A stretch of DNA of 64,000 nt from Candidatus Poribacteria bacterium (GCA_965214095.1 OZ243938.1:2848001-2912000), one strand, 5' to 3'; positions 30,750-41,967 are shown, counted from the first letter of the stretch. Program-made: numbers and translations. The notes: generated by a model not told the origin, from the letters alone.

Positions 30750-33132
30750 AATCATTTGCAAAAGACGGTGGCTAAATTGGAAGTTAATTCTAATCTGCCT
30801 AACTGTATTCTGTTTAGCCACCGTGGCTTTTGCCCAATCAGACACCAATCTGGAAAATCCTCCCGTGCCTTTAGTTTGGTGGATTGCACCGATCGGTTCA
30901 CTTATTGCTTTAGGTTTCGCATACCATTTCTATCGTTCCGTAATGAAACAGGACGAAGGAAATGAAACAATGCGTGAAATTGCACAATCTGTCCGTGAAG
31001 GTGCAATGGCATATCTTCGGCAACAATATAAAGTGGTCGGCATCGTCTTTGCTGTCCTGTGTCTCATCTTTATCTTCATGGCTTTCGTCCTTAAAGCACA
31101 GAACCAGGTGGTACCTTTTGCTTTCCTAACAGGAGGCTTTTTTTCTGGTCTCTGCGGTTTCCTCGGCATGAAAACCGCAACCAATGCATCCGCCCGGACA
31201 ACAAGTGCAGCGATGAAAGGACTCAACGCTGGTTTACGGGTTTCCTTCCGTGCTGGTGCGGTGATGGGATTGATAGTCGTTGGCTTTGCACTCCTTGACA
31301 TCACTGGATGGTTTCTCATACTCTATTACATCTTCCCAAAAATCTCTTGGATAGGTGAAGACTTTTTAGGTAAAAACCCGTTACCCCAAATTACAGTGAT
31401 TATGCTTAGTTTCGGAATGGGTGCTTCCACACAAGCACTGTTCGCTCGTGTTGGCGGTGGTATCTATACGAAAGCAGCGGATGTCGGTGCTGACCTCGTT
31501 GGAAAAGTTGAGGCAGGCATACCTGAGGATGATCCGCGTAATCCTGCTGTTATCGCTGATAATGTTGGCGATAATGTTGGTGATGTGGCTGGCATGGGTG
31601 CTGACCTATACGAATCTTATGCAGGTTCTATTCTTGCAACAGCTGCCCTCGGTGTCGCTGCTGTTGCAGCTAAAGATTATGGTAATCTTTCCCTACAACT
31701 GAAATACCTCTCTGCCCCCATGATTATCGCTGGTATCGGTGTGCTTCTCTCTATTTTAGGTATCTATATGGTGCGTACAAAAGAGGGAGCGACGATGAAA
31801 CAGCTGATGGGTTCGCTTAATCTCGGTATCAACGGGAGTGCTCTCGGTATAGCAATAATCTCTCTCCCTGTTTTACTCTATTTAGGAAAAGAAGAGGGTT
31901 TTAATAACGAATGGCAAATCTGGGGAGCAATTGTCGCTGGACTTGTAGCTGGATTAGTTATCGGTAAAGTCACTGAAATTTTTACTTCCCATGAATATAA
32001 ACCGACACGCGCAATCGCCAAACAAGCACAAACAGGACCGGCAACAGTGATTATTGAAGGCGTTGCTGTTGGAATGGAATCAACCGCGATTCCAGTTTTA
32101 ACCATTATCGCAGCAGTTGCCATTAGTTACTATCTTCCCGGAGGATCAACCGAACCCTTGATGGGACTTTACGGTGTCGGTATTGCTGCTGTCGGCATGC
32201 TGGCAACACTCGGTATTACACTTGCCACTGATGCTTACGGACCTATTGCAGATAACGCTGGCGGAAACGCAGAGATGGCAAAACTGGATGAAAGCGTTAG
32301 AGAACGCACAGATCAGTTAGATGCACTCGGTAATACAACTGCCGCAACAGGCAAGGGTTTCGCAATCGGTTCAGCCGCACTCACAGCACTTGCACTACTC
32401 GCAGCTTATCTTGAAGAAATTCGGCACGGCCTCATCCATTTAGCAGGCAAAGAACAACTCAATATCCCCGGTGAAGGGAATATCAATACTTTAGAAGTTA
32501 CGGTGAGCCAATTTATGGATTACTATAATGTCACATTGATGAATCCGCAAGTTCTCATTGGTCTGTTTCTCGGGGCAGTGATGGCATTCTATTTCTGCGC
32601 CTTGACGATGAAGGCTGTTGGACGCGCTGCAGGTGCTATGGTAGAAGAAGTTCGTCGTCAATTTCGTGAAAACCCCGGCATTATGAAAGGTGAAGTGAAA
32701 CCTGACTACGCACGATGTGTTAGTATTTCTACTGTCGGTGCACAACGTGAGATGATTTATCCATCGCTCATTGCGATTGTTGTGCCTGTTGCTGTCGGAT
32801 TACTATTTAATGTTGCAGGCGTACTCGGATTACTCGCGGGCGGGTTGGCAACAGGTTTCGTTTTGGCTATTATGATGGCAAACGCTGGCGGTGCTTGGGA
32901 CAACGCGAAAAAGTTTATTGAAGAAGGTAAACATAAAGAAGAATACGGTGAAAAAGGTTCCGAACAGCACAAAGCCACTATTGTTGGGGATACCGTCGGA
33001 GATCCGTTTAAAGACACCTCCGGTCCTTCGCTTAACATCTTGATTAAGTTGATGTCAATGGTTTCTGTTGTGTTTGCTGGCCTCATCGCAAAATATGGTG
33101 GTGTGTTCAGCACTTGGTTAGGTATGCAATAG
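30742..33132 (+). CDS. hppA: Membrane-bound ion-translocating pyrophosphatase (K+-dependent type)
   Basis: GGGIYTKAADVGADLVGKVE, DNVGDNVGD, DAYGPIADNAGG, GNTTAA and GDTVGDPFKDTSGP motifs. Confidence 0.96.
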   Translation: MREIICKRRWLNWKLILICLTVFCLATVAFAQSDTNLENPPVPLVWWIAPIGSLIALGFAYHFYRSVMKQDEGNETMREIAQSVREGAMAYLRQQYKVVGIVFAVLCLIFIFMAFVLKAQNQVVPFAFLTGGFFSGLCGFLGMKTATNASARTTSAAMKGLNAGLRVSFRAGAVMGLIVVGFALLDITGWFLILYYIFPKISWIGEDFLGKNPLPQITVIMLSFGMGASTQALFARVGGGIYTKAADVGADLVGKVEAGIPEDDPRNPAVIADNVGDNVGDVAGMGADLYESYAGSILATAALGVAAVAAKDYGNLSLQLKYLSAPMIIAGIGVLLSILGIYMVRTKEGATMKQLMGSLNLGINGSALGIAIISLPVLLYLGKEEGFNNEWQIWGAIVAGLVAGLVIGKVTEIFTSHEYKPTRAIAKQAQTGPATVIIEGVAVGMESTAIPVLTIIAAVAISYYLPGGSTEPLMGLYGVGIAAVGMLATLGITLATDAYGPIADNAGGNAEMAKLDESVRERTDQLDALGNTTAATGKGFAIGSAALTALALLAAYLEEIRHGLIHLAGKEQLNIPGEGNINTLEVTVSQFMDYYNVTLMNPQVLIGLFLGAVMAFYFCALTMKAVGRAAGAMVEEVRRQFRENPGIMKGEVKPDYARCVSISTVGAQREMIYPSLIAIVVPVAVGLLFNVAGVLGLLAGGLATGFVLAIMMANAGGAWDNAKKFIEEGKHKEEYGEKGSEQHKATIVGDTVGDPFKDTSGPSLNILIKLMSMVSVVFAGLIAKYGGVFSTWLGMQ

Positions 33133-33158
33133 TTAGCGTCTGAAAAAGGAATATAAGC

Positions 33159-33674
33159 ATGAAACTGAATTTTTCTATCGGTTTTATTTTGAGTTTGCTG
33201 ATTCTGTTGACAATAGGTTGTCAGCGGTTACAGAATCAGATGAAGGCGGATCCTGATGATACTTCTGTATCCGTTGATGACGTTGATTCGGCTGATATTG
33301 CTTATACAGGAAAAGTTTTCATCGGAGATGCTGAAGACAGATTCGGAACAGACGAATTTGTAGTGAATTCTGCTACCATTACAGATGATACGTTAACTGT
33401 CAGTGTATCTTACAGTGGTGGGTGCGAAACACATGAATTTACCTTAATTGCATCGGAATCTTTCCTTGAATCGTTTCCTGTGCAACTCCATGTTTCCCTT
33501 GCGCACAATGCTAACGGGGACGCATGTGAAGCCTATCCAACTGAAGAATACCAATTTGATCTAACACCGATTAAAAACATGTATCAAGAGGCTTACCGAC
33601 AGGAAGCGGGTACAATCATTTTACGCCTGAAAGACGCACCGAACACAGATCTTGTTTATGAATTCACGATGTAG
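33159..33674 (+). CDS. Hypothetical lipoprotein (YSGGC...HNA..D.CEA motif)
   Basis: Lipobox TIGC and conserved Cys pair. Confidence 0.7.
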   Translation: MKLNFSIGFILSLLILLTIGCQRLQNQMKADPDDTSVSVDDVDSADIAYTGKVFIGDAEDRFGTDEFVVNSATITDDTLTVSVSYSGGCETHEFTLIASESFLESFPVQLHVSLAHNANGDACEAYPTEEYQFDLTPIKNMYQEAYRQEAGTIILRLKDAPNTDLVYEFTM

Positions 33675-33814
33675 TGGAGTGTCCATTCGGACAAGATTAG
33701 TGTAGACAGAACAGTAGTCATAATTATGTCATAATTATCAAGTCTTGGTATTTTTAGAAAATCATTTTCGTTTCTACGCATCCTTTTTTTAGCATTTAGA
33801 AGGAGAACCAGCCA

Positions 33815-35494
33815 ATGTCCAATAAATTGAAACCCCGTAGTTATGTGATTACCGATGGACCTGACCGTGCCGCCGCACGCACCATGCTTATGTTTGGTGA
33901 TGAAGGACTGACACCAGAAGACCTTGACAAACCGATTATCGGGGTGGCAAATACGTGGATTGAAATCGGTCCCTGTAACTTCCACTTGAGACGACTCGGT
34001 GCAAAGGTCAAACAAGGCATACGCGATGCGGGTGGTACACCTCTGGAATTCAACACCGTCAGTATTTCCGATGGTATTACAATGGGTACAGAGGGGATGA
34101 AGACCTCGCTTATTAGTAGGGAAATCGTAGCTGACTCTATTGAGTTAGTCTCTATTGGCAATATGTTTGATGCTGTTGTAGCACTATGCGGATGCGACAA
34201 AACTGTCCCTGGTACCGTTATGGCATTAGCGCGTTTAGATATTCCATCACTCACATTATACGGCGGATCAATTATGCCCGGTAAATTTCAGGGACGGGAT
34301 GTCACCATTCAAGATGTCTTTGAAGCGGTCGGTCAACATGCGGAAGGCACTATCACAGTAGAGGACTTGGACGATCTGATTAGTAAAGGATGTCCGGGGC
34401 CAGGTGCTTGCGGTGGACAATTCACTGCTAATACAATGGCTACTGCTGTTGAGATGTTGGGTATTGCTCCAATGGGTAGCGGTAGCGTGCCAGCTGCCAT
34501 AGAAGAAAAGGACGATGAGGCATACAAAGCCGGACAACTCGTTATGGATATGCTTGCTGCTGACCGTCGTCCAAGTCAGATTATTACCCGAAAGTCACTT
34601 GAGAATGCTATTACATCAGTTGCTGCGACAGGCGGTTCTACGAATGGTGTTCTCCATCTCCTTGCTATCGCTCACGAAGCGCAAATCCCGTTGACACTTG
34701 AGGACTTCCACACTATTAGTCAGAGAACACCCGTTATGGCAGACTTAAAACCCGGTGGACAGTTTGTCGCTACTGACTTGTATGAAGCGGGTGGGATTCA
34801 GTTCTTAGCAAAACGCCTCGCAGAAGCAGGACTAATCCATACAGATGAACTCACCGTTACAGGGAAAACCATCGGTGAAGAAGCCAACGCTGCCACCGAA
34901 ACCGATGGACAACAAGTTGTCAGAACAGTGGATTCTCCCCTGAAACCGACAGGCGGGTTTGCTATATTGAGAGGCAATCTTGCACCTGACGGATGTGTGA
35001 TCAAGTTAGCAGGTCAGAAAAAAACAATCCATCGCGGTCCGGCACGTATCTTTGAACGTGAAGAGGACACTTTCGCTGCCATAAAAGATGGGAAAATTAA
35101 ACCCGGTGATGTTGTTGTTATCCGATATGAAGGACCTACTGGTGGTCCCGGTATGCGTGAGATGTTAGGTGTGACCGCGGCAATCGTCGGGGCAGGTCTG
35201 AGTGAAGATGTTGCATTAATGACAGATGGCAGATTCTCTGGAGCAACGCACGGCTTCATGATATGCCATGTGGCACCAGAAGCTGCAAAAGGCGGTCCCA
35301 TCGCTATTCTCCAAGAAAACGACGAAATCGTGATTGATGCTGAAGCACGCAGAATTGATGTCACACTCACCGATGCTGAAATTCAAACACGTTTTGAGAA
35401 ATGGACACCTCCCGAACCTCCCTATAAACGCGGCGTGATGGCAAAATATGCCAACTCTGTTTCATCTGCATCTGAAGGTGCTGTGACAGGATAA
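33815..35494 (+). CDS. ilvD: Dihydroxy-acid dehydratase
   Basis: [35 protein letters not shown] and TDGRFSG motifs. Confidence 0.96.
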   Translation: MSNKLKPRSYVITDGPDRAAARTMLMFGDEGLTPEDLDKPIIGVANTWIEIGPCNFHLRRLGAKVKQGIRDAGGTPLEFNTVSISDGITMGTEGMKTSLISREIVADSIELVSIGNMFDAVVALCGCDKTVPGTVMALARLDIPSLTLYGGSIMPGKFQGRDVTIQDVFEAVGQHAEGTITVEDLDDLISKGCPGPGACGGQFTANTMATAVEMLGIAPMGSGSVPAAIEEKDDEAYKAGQLVMDMLAADRRPSQIITRKSLENAITSVAATGGSTNGVLHLLAIAHEAQIPLTLEDFHTISQRTPVMADLKPGGQFVATDLYEAGGIQFLAKRLAEAGLIHTDELTVTGKTIGEEANAATETDGQQVVRTVDSPLKPTGGFAILRGNLAPDGCVIKLAGQKKTIHRGPARIFEREEDTFAAIKDGKIKPGDVVVIRYEGPTGGPGMREMLGVTAAIVGAGLSEDVALMTDGRFSGATHGFMICHVAPEAAKGGPIAILQENDEIVIDAEARRIDVTLTDAEIQTRFEKWTPPEPPYKRGVMAKYANSVSSASEGAVTG

Positions 35495-35548
35495 ATTCAG
35501 TTTATCCCATTCACAAACACAACATACAGTTCAATGCTTTCTATCTGT

Positions 35549-35575
35549 GGGACAGGTCTACGTGCTTGTCCCTTT
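35549..35575 (+). terminator. Putative intrinsic terminator after ilvD
   Basis: GGGACAGG-loop-CTTGTCCC followed by TTTG. Confidence 0.5.
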
Positions 35576-35633
35576 GTGGTTAAGCATTAAATCAGAAAAA
35601 CACTTGCAAGATCCTCACTAATTTAGTAAAATA

Positions 35634-35789
35634 ATGTCTGAAAAACAAATGAAACCCGTTATCTGGGTTGGGGATTCTAAAAGGAGGGATCAAAACTCCA
35701 AAAAAGAGATTGATTTGATTCGAGATCGTTTGAATTGGGCAAAAGAACTTGCTCAGGAGCAAAACGAAAATGAGCAAAGAACAAATTGA
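35634..35789 (+). pseudogene. Internally deleted RelE/HigB (Gp49-like) toxin; 51-aa in-frame remnant
   Basis: MSEKQMKPVIWVGDSK...KKEIDLIRDRLNWAKEL keeps only the family N- and C-terminal motifs. Overlaps the antitoxin start. Confidence 0.7.
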
Positions 35790-36108
35790 ATATGAAATAG
35801 GTAGTGGAAACGTATTCAAGGATTTAGGATTTCCTAATCCTGAGGAAGAACTCTTGAAAGTTCGTGTTGCTTCCCTTATTTACAATATTATTACTAAACG
35901 TGGTTTAAAACGAGGTGAAGCATCCAATATTCTGGGTATCAGTAAGTCTGACCTTTCAACAATTTTGAAAGGTAGACTCGCTGACTGTTCACTTGATCAA
36001 TTGCTATCACTACTTGGAAAATTAGATCACGATATTGAGATCGTGCTACACAAAAGACCTTCCAACACACCACCCGCTGGACTCCGCATATCCACATCCA
36101 CTGATTAA
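35770..36108 (+). CDS. XRE/HigA-like HTH antitoxin
   Basis: GSGNVFKDLGFPNPEE N-terminus, HTH, SLDQLLSLLGKLDHDIEI. Confidence 0.85.
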   Translation: MSKEQIEYEIGSGNVFKDLGFPNPEEELLKVRVASLIYNIITKRGLKRGEASNILGISKSDLSTILKGRLADCSLDQLLSLLGKLDHDIEIVLHKRPSNTPPAGLRISTSTD

Positions 36109-36127
36109 TTTCTACCCACATACAATT

Positions 36128-37108
36128 ATGGATAACGAAGCACATATCTTCCACATCCAGACAGAACATAAAGGTAAAAGGTTGGATAGATTCCTAATCA
36201 GTGCAACCGAAGATGTGTCGCGCACCTATCTCCAGAAACTGATACGTGAGGGGGCTGTCACCGTAAACGATAAAGTCTCCAAACAACCGAGTCGGACACT
36301 CCGCGTTGGAGACCAAGTTTGCATTTCGTTTCCCGAATCCCAACCTTTGGAAACTGGACAACCTGAAGATATCCCACTTGACATCCTCTATGAAGATAGC
36401 CATTTAATTGTGTTGAACAAATCCGCAGGGATGCTCGTTCATCCTGCAAGTGGTGTGAATACCGGGACACTCGTCAACGCGCTCCTGGCACACTGCAGCG
36501 ACCTATCTGGCATCGGTGGTGTAGAAAGACCCGGTATTGTCCATAGATTAGACAAAGACACGTCAGGTGTGCTCGTAGTCGCAAAAACAGATGTTGTGCA
36601 TCGTGGATTGTCCGTGCAGTTTGAAAAACATACCATTACCCGTCAATATGTTGCTGTTGTTTGCGGCATTCCATCTGAAGTCATTGGAACGATTGATGCG
36701 CAAATCGCCCGTAGTAGACGTGACCGTCGACGGATGACCACAGTTAAAAACAACGGCAGGCATGCAGTTACGCATTATCAAGTATTAGAAATATACAACA
36801 AATTCTCTCTCGTTCAACTCACATTGGAAACAGGACGGTTACATCAAATACGTGTGCATCTACAGCATATTGGACACCCGGTTGCAGGTGATGCCATCTA
36901 TGGAGGAGAACAACGCGCTATGAACGACGCGGATACACTTCCAATAAAACATGCACTTATACGTCTGAAACGTCAAGCATTGCATGCGCGCACCCTTCAA
37001 TTTGAGCATCCTATCTTGAATGATACTTTGATGTTTTCTGCACCAAAGCCAGCAGATATGCACCGACTTATTGAGGCATTGCGAACATTAACACGAGCGC
37101 ATTTATAG
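36128..37108 (+). CDS. rluD: RluA-family 23S rRNA pseudouridine synthase
   Basis: S4 domain RLDRFL, RPGIVHRLDKDTSG, GRxHQIRVH and RQALHA motifs. Confidence 0.9.
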   Translation: MDNEAHIFHIQTEHKGKRLDRFLISATEDVSRTYLQKLIREGAVTVNDKVSKQPSRTLRVGDQVCISFPESQPLETGQPEDIPLDILYEDSHLIVLNKSAGMLVHPASGVNTGTLVNALLAHCSDLSGIGGVERPGIVHRLDKDTSGVLVVAKTDVVHRGLSVQFEKHTITRQYVAVVCGIPSEVIGTIDAQIARSRRDRRRMTTVKNNGRHAVTHYQVLEIYNKFSLVQLTLETGRLHQIRVHLQHIGHPVAGDAIYGGEQRAMNDADTLPIKHALIRLKRQALHARTLQFEHPILNDTLMFSAPKPADMHRLIEALRTLTRAHL

Positions 37109-37118
37109 GAGAGTGATT

Positions 37119-38105
37119 ATGGAATATGTCAATTTTGGTAAAGCAGGGGTTAAGGTAAGTCCACTCGCTTTAGGATTAGGATTAAGAGGACAAGCAGACG
37201 AAAACGCCGCACAACGTTTGATTGAGCATGCGATTGACAACGGTATCAATCTCATTGATTGTGCAAACATATATGGCCCAATGGATGATCGTGATAATAT
37301 TGGTCGTTCAGAGGTAATTCTCGGTAAAGCAATTAAAGGGAAACGAGATAATGTGGTGATTACTTCCAAAGTCTGCAGCCATATTGGGCAAGGTCCGAAT
37401 GACTATGGGTTATCGCGTTACCACATCATGCGGGAGATAGATCGAACATTGACGCGTATCGGCACTGACCACATTGATGTCTACCTGATTCACGTTCCGG
37501 ACGACACTACACCGCAAGAGGAGACAATCCGTGCATTAGACGATCTCGTGCGTTCTGGTAAGGTGCGATACCTTGGGTGCTGTAATCATCAGGCATGGCA
37601 GGTCTGTAAAGCACTCTGGATTGCGGATAGTATCAACACGACACCTTATATGTGTGTTCAAAATATGTATAACCTCCTTAATCGAGATTTGGAGACTGAG
37701 ATGTTCGGATTGGTGCGTGAGGAGGGTCTTGGCGTGATGAGTTATAGTCCGTTGTCAGTTGGTCTATTGAGTGGTGTCTATTCTCCTGATGAACCGCCAC
37801 CTGATGGCACATTGTGGGCAAGACGTTATCCAGAAGAATATGAACGGCGGATGCGTGGGGCAACGGGAAAGGTAATTGCTACCCTCAAACGGCTTGCAGA
37901 TGCGTTAGGAAAGACACCTGCTCAACTTGCAGTGGCATGGGTTGTATCACACCCCGAAGTCTCCGTGGCTATCAGTGGAAGCGATACGATTGAACAACTG
38001 GACGACACCCTTGGTGGTGTTGGATGGGAATTAGATGCGGCTGTTCGTGAGGAATTAGATGAGGTATCGCTTTCGTTTGTGCGTTTGACCGCACCACCTT
38101 TTTAA
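37119..38105 (+). CDS. Aldo/keto reductase
   Basis: IDCANIYG, SEVILG, DHIDVYLIH, GKVRYLG and YSPL motifs. Confidence 0.92.
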   Translation: MEYVNFGKAGVKVSPLALGLGLRGQADENAAQRLIEHAIDNGINLIDCANIYGPMDDRDNIGRSEVILGKAIKGKRDNVVITSKVCSHIGQGPNDYGLSRYHIMREIDRTLTRIGTDHIDVYLIHVPDDTTPQEETIRALDDLVRSGKVRYLGCCNHQAWQVCKALWIADSINTTPYMCVQNMYNLLNRDLETEMFGLVREEGLGVMSYSPLSVGLLSGVYSPDEPPPDGTLWARRYPEEYERRMRGATGKVIATLKRLADALGKTPAQLAVAWVVSHPEVSVAISGSDTIEQLDDTLGGVGWELDAAVREELDEVSLSFVRLTAPPF

Positions 38106-38173
38106 TGTTTGAGCCAAGAGGTACCCGTTATTGAAGGCAAGAACATAGCACCCTTGCCTTCAATAGTGATTTG

Positions 38174-38974
38174 TTATCTTTTGAGTTTTGCCCAAGTAGT
38201 TGTGAGCTTACCAGATGGTGCGACATCAGCGAGTTCATCAAACCCGTTGTCCATGATTTTCTGAATATCGTCTTCACTGAGAACGGCACCAATGATAGCG
38301 ACTTCGTCAAGGATACCGATGTATCTTCCGGCATACCCGTGTCCGATGAATAGGTTTAGCTCACTGGCTTTGGAATCTCCGCATGGATGTGCTCCACATT
38401 TATTCCATGTTCCGTTTGCTACAACTTCCCCATCTTTATACATTAGATACTGGCGTTTATCAACATCTCTGACATGAGCGATGTGCATCCATTGATCATC
38501 CACGATCGTTCCTACAGGTGGTCTTTGTACTTCTACATAGGGTTCACAATTTCCACCGCAATCACCCCAGTAAAAACTCATCGTACCGTTTACTTCCTGT
38601 GTCAAACAACCTTCGCCACCGAAGGACTTACAGACGATGTTTTTACGCCCCGCAGCAACGTTTTCAGGTTTAGACCAAAAGACAATTGTAACACTCCCAT
38701 CAAATTGAAGCGATTCTGCATTGCCCAAATCAATGTAACCTGACCCATCAAATTCAAGTGCATCCCCATATTTCCCGTCCACCCATTTCAAGTCATTTAC
38801 AAATTCACCATCATGTTCGTTTTCAGTGGAATCTTTGGCAATGTCACCGTTTCCCTCATCGAATTTCCATACACCTATATATGTTTCTGGATCTAACTTA
38901 GCAGAACTCAAAGAGACTAAAAAGCATGTAACGAATACGGTGATTGTAAGAATACATGATAATCTAAGTTTCAT
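38174..38974 (-). CDS. Secreted LamG domain protein with C-terminal TTTWxxLK motif
   Basis: WKFDEGNG, GKYGDALEFDG, WMHIA, GILDEVAI. Ends GKLTTTWAKLKR. Confidence 0.88.
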   Translation of the reverse strand: MKLRLSCILTITVFVTCFLVSLSSAKLDPETYIGVWKFDEGNGDIAKDSTENEHDGEFVNDLKWVDGKYGDALEFDGSGYIDLGNAESLQFDGSVTIVFWSKPENVAAGRKNIVCKSFGGEGCLTQEVNGTMSFYWGDCGGNCEPYVEVQRPPVGTIVDDQWMHIAHVRDVDKRQYLMYKDGEVVANGTWNKCGAHPCGDSKASELNLFIGHGYAGRYIGILDEVAIIGAVLSEDDIQKIMDNGFDELADVAPSGKLTTTWAKLKR

Positions 38975-39118
38975 CGGTTTTTCTCCTTATAGTTAATTTT
39001 GATGTGAGATCGAAAAATAGGTCTGTTGAAAAGATGAGAACCTATATGGTATTAAGGGGAATGGAATGATCAATACCAAAAAGACTACTCAATGAAACTA
39101 TAGCAATTATTACTAATT

Positions 39119-39205
39119 TTGTCTGAACCAGGATTTTCAGGATTAGTAGATGGACAGGATTATGACTCTGAAGTTTCAGAGTGCTTTTGATAACAGAAGC
39201 TGCTA
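39119..39205 (+). repeat. Dispersed GTCTGAACCAGGATT repeat (copy 2)
   Basis: Matches the 41792 and 45991 copies over ~70-90 nt. Confidence 0.85.
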
Positions 39206-39373
39206 TGGGACAGAAAAACAACGGACAATCCAAATCAACACCGAATACTCGTATGGTATTCATCGGGGTTGGAAACCCATCTATCAAGAGAAGGTCTTCC
39301 TAAATCTATGTACAAATGATCCAATGTTCGTAGGCGTGCTTTGTAAGTGCGCCTAAGGTTTAGTCAGAAATTC

Positions 39374-41263
39374 CTATTCCTCCCTGTCTGACGAGAGTTC
39401 CCATAGCAACACGGTGCCATCCCAGCTTCCGCTTGCGAGGGTCTTACCATCTGCACTGAAAACAACGCTTGTAACACTACTCGTATGTCCTGTCAACGTC
39501 AAAAGATGTGTGCCTGTTCGCACATCCCAAAGACGGATGGTGTTGTCCCAACTCCCACTTGCGAGTATCTTTCCATCAGGACTAAATACAACACTATCTA
39601 CATTATTCCTATGTCCCACCAAATCCCTAATATATGTCCCTGTCTGCATATCCCACAAGCACACTCTATCGTCCCAACTTCCACTTGCGAGTATCTTTCC
39701 ATCGGGACTAAACGCAACGCCACCGACTCTATGATCATGTGTTATCAATTCGCGAATAGATGCCCCTGTCTGCGCATCCCACAAACGCATGGTACCATCC
39801 CAACTTCCACTTGCCAGTGTCTTTCCATCTGGACTGAAAACTACACTAACGATTTCATCCGTATGTCCTGTGAGTTTCCGAATAGATGTCCCTGATTGCA
39901 TATCCCACAAAAGCAAAGTATTCTCAGCACCTTGACTTGCAAGTATTTTACCATCCGGACTAAATGCAATGCTCTTAATGCCATCCGTATCCTCTTTGAG
40001 TTTTTGCAGGGGTGTACCTGTTTGCACATCCCATATATACACAGTGTCGTCATCTGCTGAATAGCTTGCACTTGCAAGTGTTTTGCCATCTGGACTGAAC
40101 GCTACACAAGATATCTCCCACGTATGTCCTACCAACACATGAAATGGTCGTGCAGTCTCAATATCCCACAAAAGCACGGAATTATCCATCCATCCGCCGC
40201 TTGCAAGTTTAGAACCGTCAGAATTGATCGCTACACACCTAACTCTACTGGTATGACCTGTTGTTAGTTCCCGAAGATGTTCACCCGTGTTCACATCCCA
40301 TAGACACACGGCTTCGCCAATACTGCTTGTTGTAAGTGTCCTACCATCTGGACTGAACGCAATGCTGATGGTATCATCCGTATGCATTTTTAATACCTGT
40401 AGGGATTCCCCGGATTCCACATCCCAAAGACAAACTCTCTTATCCCACACGCCCGCACTTGCAATTGTCTTACCATCCGGACTGAATTCAACATCAACAA
40501 CTCCACCCGCTGTATGTCCTTTCAACGTTCTTAGAGATGCGCCAGTTTCCGTATCCCACAGTCGGACGGTTCTATCCCAGCTTGTACTTGCAAGTATCTT
40601 GCCATTACGACTAAACGCAACTGCCAAGAGATGCTTCTCATGTCCTATGAGAGTTCGTAGAGATTTACCAGTCTGCACTTCCCATAAACGGGCTGTATTA
40701 TCCCAACTGGCACTGGCAATTGTCTTGTCATCAGGACTAATAGCAACACCCCATATCCTTTGCGTGTGTCCTGTAAGTGTCTGCAGTGATGCCCCTGTTC
40801 GCACATCCCATATACGAACCGTAGTATCGTCACTCCCACTCACCAATATCTCTCCATTTGAACTAAACACAACGCTATTTACATCATTGCTGTGTCCAGA
40901 CATTGACATGAGATGCATACCTGTTCTTGCATCCCACAAACGGACAGAAGCATCTTCACTTCCACTCGCAATTGTAAATCCATCTGGACTGAAAGACACG
41001 CTTTTCACTCCAGATGTATGTCCTGTAAGGAGGTTAAGTTCCTCTCCTGTTTGTGCGTCATAAATCCAAATCCCTATACTACTTGCTACTGCTATACGTT
41101 TCCCATCTGGGGAATATGTAATTTCTTTTATTGAACCTTTGCCGAGACGTACCTTTGCGCCATCAGGTAACCCCCATTGTGTGTAATCTTTAGCATAGAT
41201 GCTTGGTGCTAAAAGGGATATTGAAAGCCCAAAAATAAAAACCGAAAACAATAATTTTTTCAC
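39374..41263 (-). CDS. Secreted WD40 repeat protein (~14 repeats)
   Basis: Regular GH...FSPDGKxLASGSWD...LWD repeats. Likely GTG start at 41263 after AAGGA. N-terminal DYTQWGLPDGAKVRLGKG. Confidence 0.92.
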   Translation of the reverse strand: MKKLLFSVFIFGLSISLLAPSIYAKDYTQWGLPDGAKVRLGKGSIKEITYSPDGKRIAVASSIGIWIYDAQTGEELNLLTGHTSGVKSVSFSPDGFTIASGSEDASVRLWDARTGMHLMSMSGHSNDVNSVVFSSNGEILVSGSDDTTVRIWDVRTGASLQTLTGHTQRIWGVAISPDDKTIASASWDNTARLWEVQTGKSLRTLIGHEKHLLAVAFSRNGKILASTSWDRTVRLWDTETGASLRTLKGHTAGGVVDVEFSPDGKTIASAGVWDKRVCLWDVESGESLQVLKMHTDDTISIAFSPDGRTLTTSSIGEAVCLWDVNTGEHLRELTTGHTSRVRCVAINSDGSKLASGGWMDNSVLLWDIETARPFHVLVGHTWEISCVAFSPDGKTLASASYSADDDTVYIWDVQTGTPLQKLKEDTDGIKSIAFSPDGKILASQGAENTLLLWDMQSGTSIRKLTGHTDEIVSVVFSPDGKTLASGSWDGTMRLWDAQTGASIRELITHDHRVGGVAFSPDGKILASGSWDDRVCLWDMQTGTYIRDLVGHRNNVDSVVFSPDGKILASGSWDNTIRLWDVRTGTHLLTLTGHTSSVTSVVFSADGKTLASGSWDGTVLLWELSSDREE

Positions 41264-41281
41264 TATAAATTTGTCCTTCTT

Positions 41282-41419
41282 TATAGTAAAAACCATAATT
41301 ATTTACACACGACGGTAGGTTCGGTTTCCTAACCGAACCGGTGTTTGTTCAGTCTCATAGATAGGGTTAGGAAACCGCATCTACCGGGGAGCGTGCATGT
41401 ATTTTTACATTTTACTATA
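41282..41419. mobile_element. MITE type B (TATAGT...ACTATA) with REP doublet
   Basis: Homologous to 49843-50008. Confidence 0.75.
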
Positions 41420-41483
41420 AATGTTTTTGCTTGACGGCATTGCCTGTTTACTGTTACGCAGGTAATGGATGCACAAATTGATA

Positions 41484-41586
41484 TATAGTGAATTATAAAT
41501 ATAAGTTGACACTTTCGTCCCACGGTAGGCGAGGTTTCCTAACCTCGCCGATGCAGAGTGTTCAAGTAATTTCAAAATCTACTATA
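41484..41586. mobile_element. MITE type A (copy 2)
   Basis: Near-identical to 20321-20422 and 55162-55264. Confidence 0.8.
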
Positions 41587-41791
41587 TATGGTAAATAATC
41601 ATTTAGGTTGGTAAGAGATGTTGGATGTGTTTTAGATGGACGGGGTATGTGGATTAGGAAGGACAAACTCATATATTGCTGCAAATATTTTTTATAGGTA
41701 GGGAGAAATGGTGATAGTTTTATTATTTTCTTTGCTTTTAAGTGTGGTTAGGAAACCACACCATGGGTGTCAATTCAGTGAATTCCACTTA

Positions 41792-41886
41792 GTCTGAACC
41801 AGGATTTTCAGGATTAGTAGATGGACAGGATTATGGATCTGAAGTTTCAGAGTGATTTTGATATGATAGGCTGCTCTGATGTTGAA
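41792..41886 (+). repeat. Dispersed GTCTGAACCAGGATT repeat (copy 3)
   Basis: Direct match to the other copies. Confidence 0.85.
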
Positions 41887-41967
41887 GGGTTTTGTAAGCC
41901 CGTATATTTAGACTTTCAAAATCGGGGTTAGAAACCCCTCCAACAAAAGAAAGATGGCTATCATTTT

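Noticed and set aside
39414-41063. Long plus-strand ORFs opposite the WD40 gene
   Set aside because: Antisense shadows of repetitive WD40 codons. The same applies to most short overlapping ORFs in the track.
41264-41296. ATG start at 41296 for the WD40 gene
   Set aside because: It lies inside a MITE end. GTG at 41263 has an RBS and gives a proper signal peptide.
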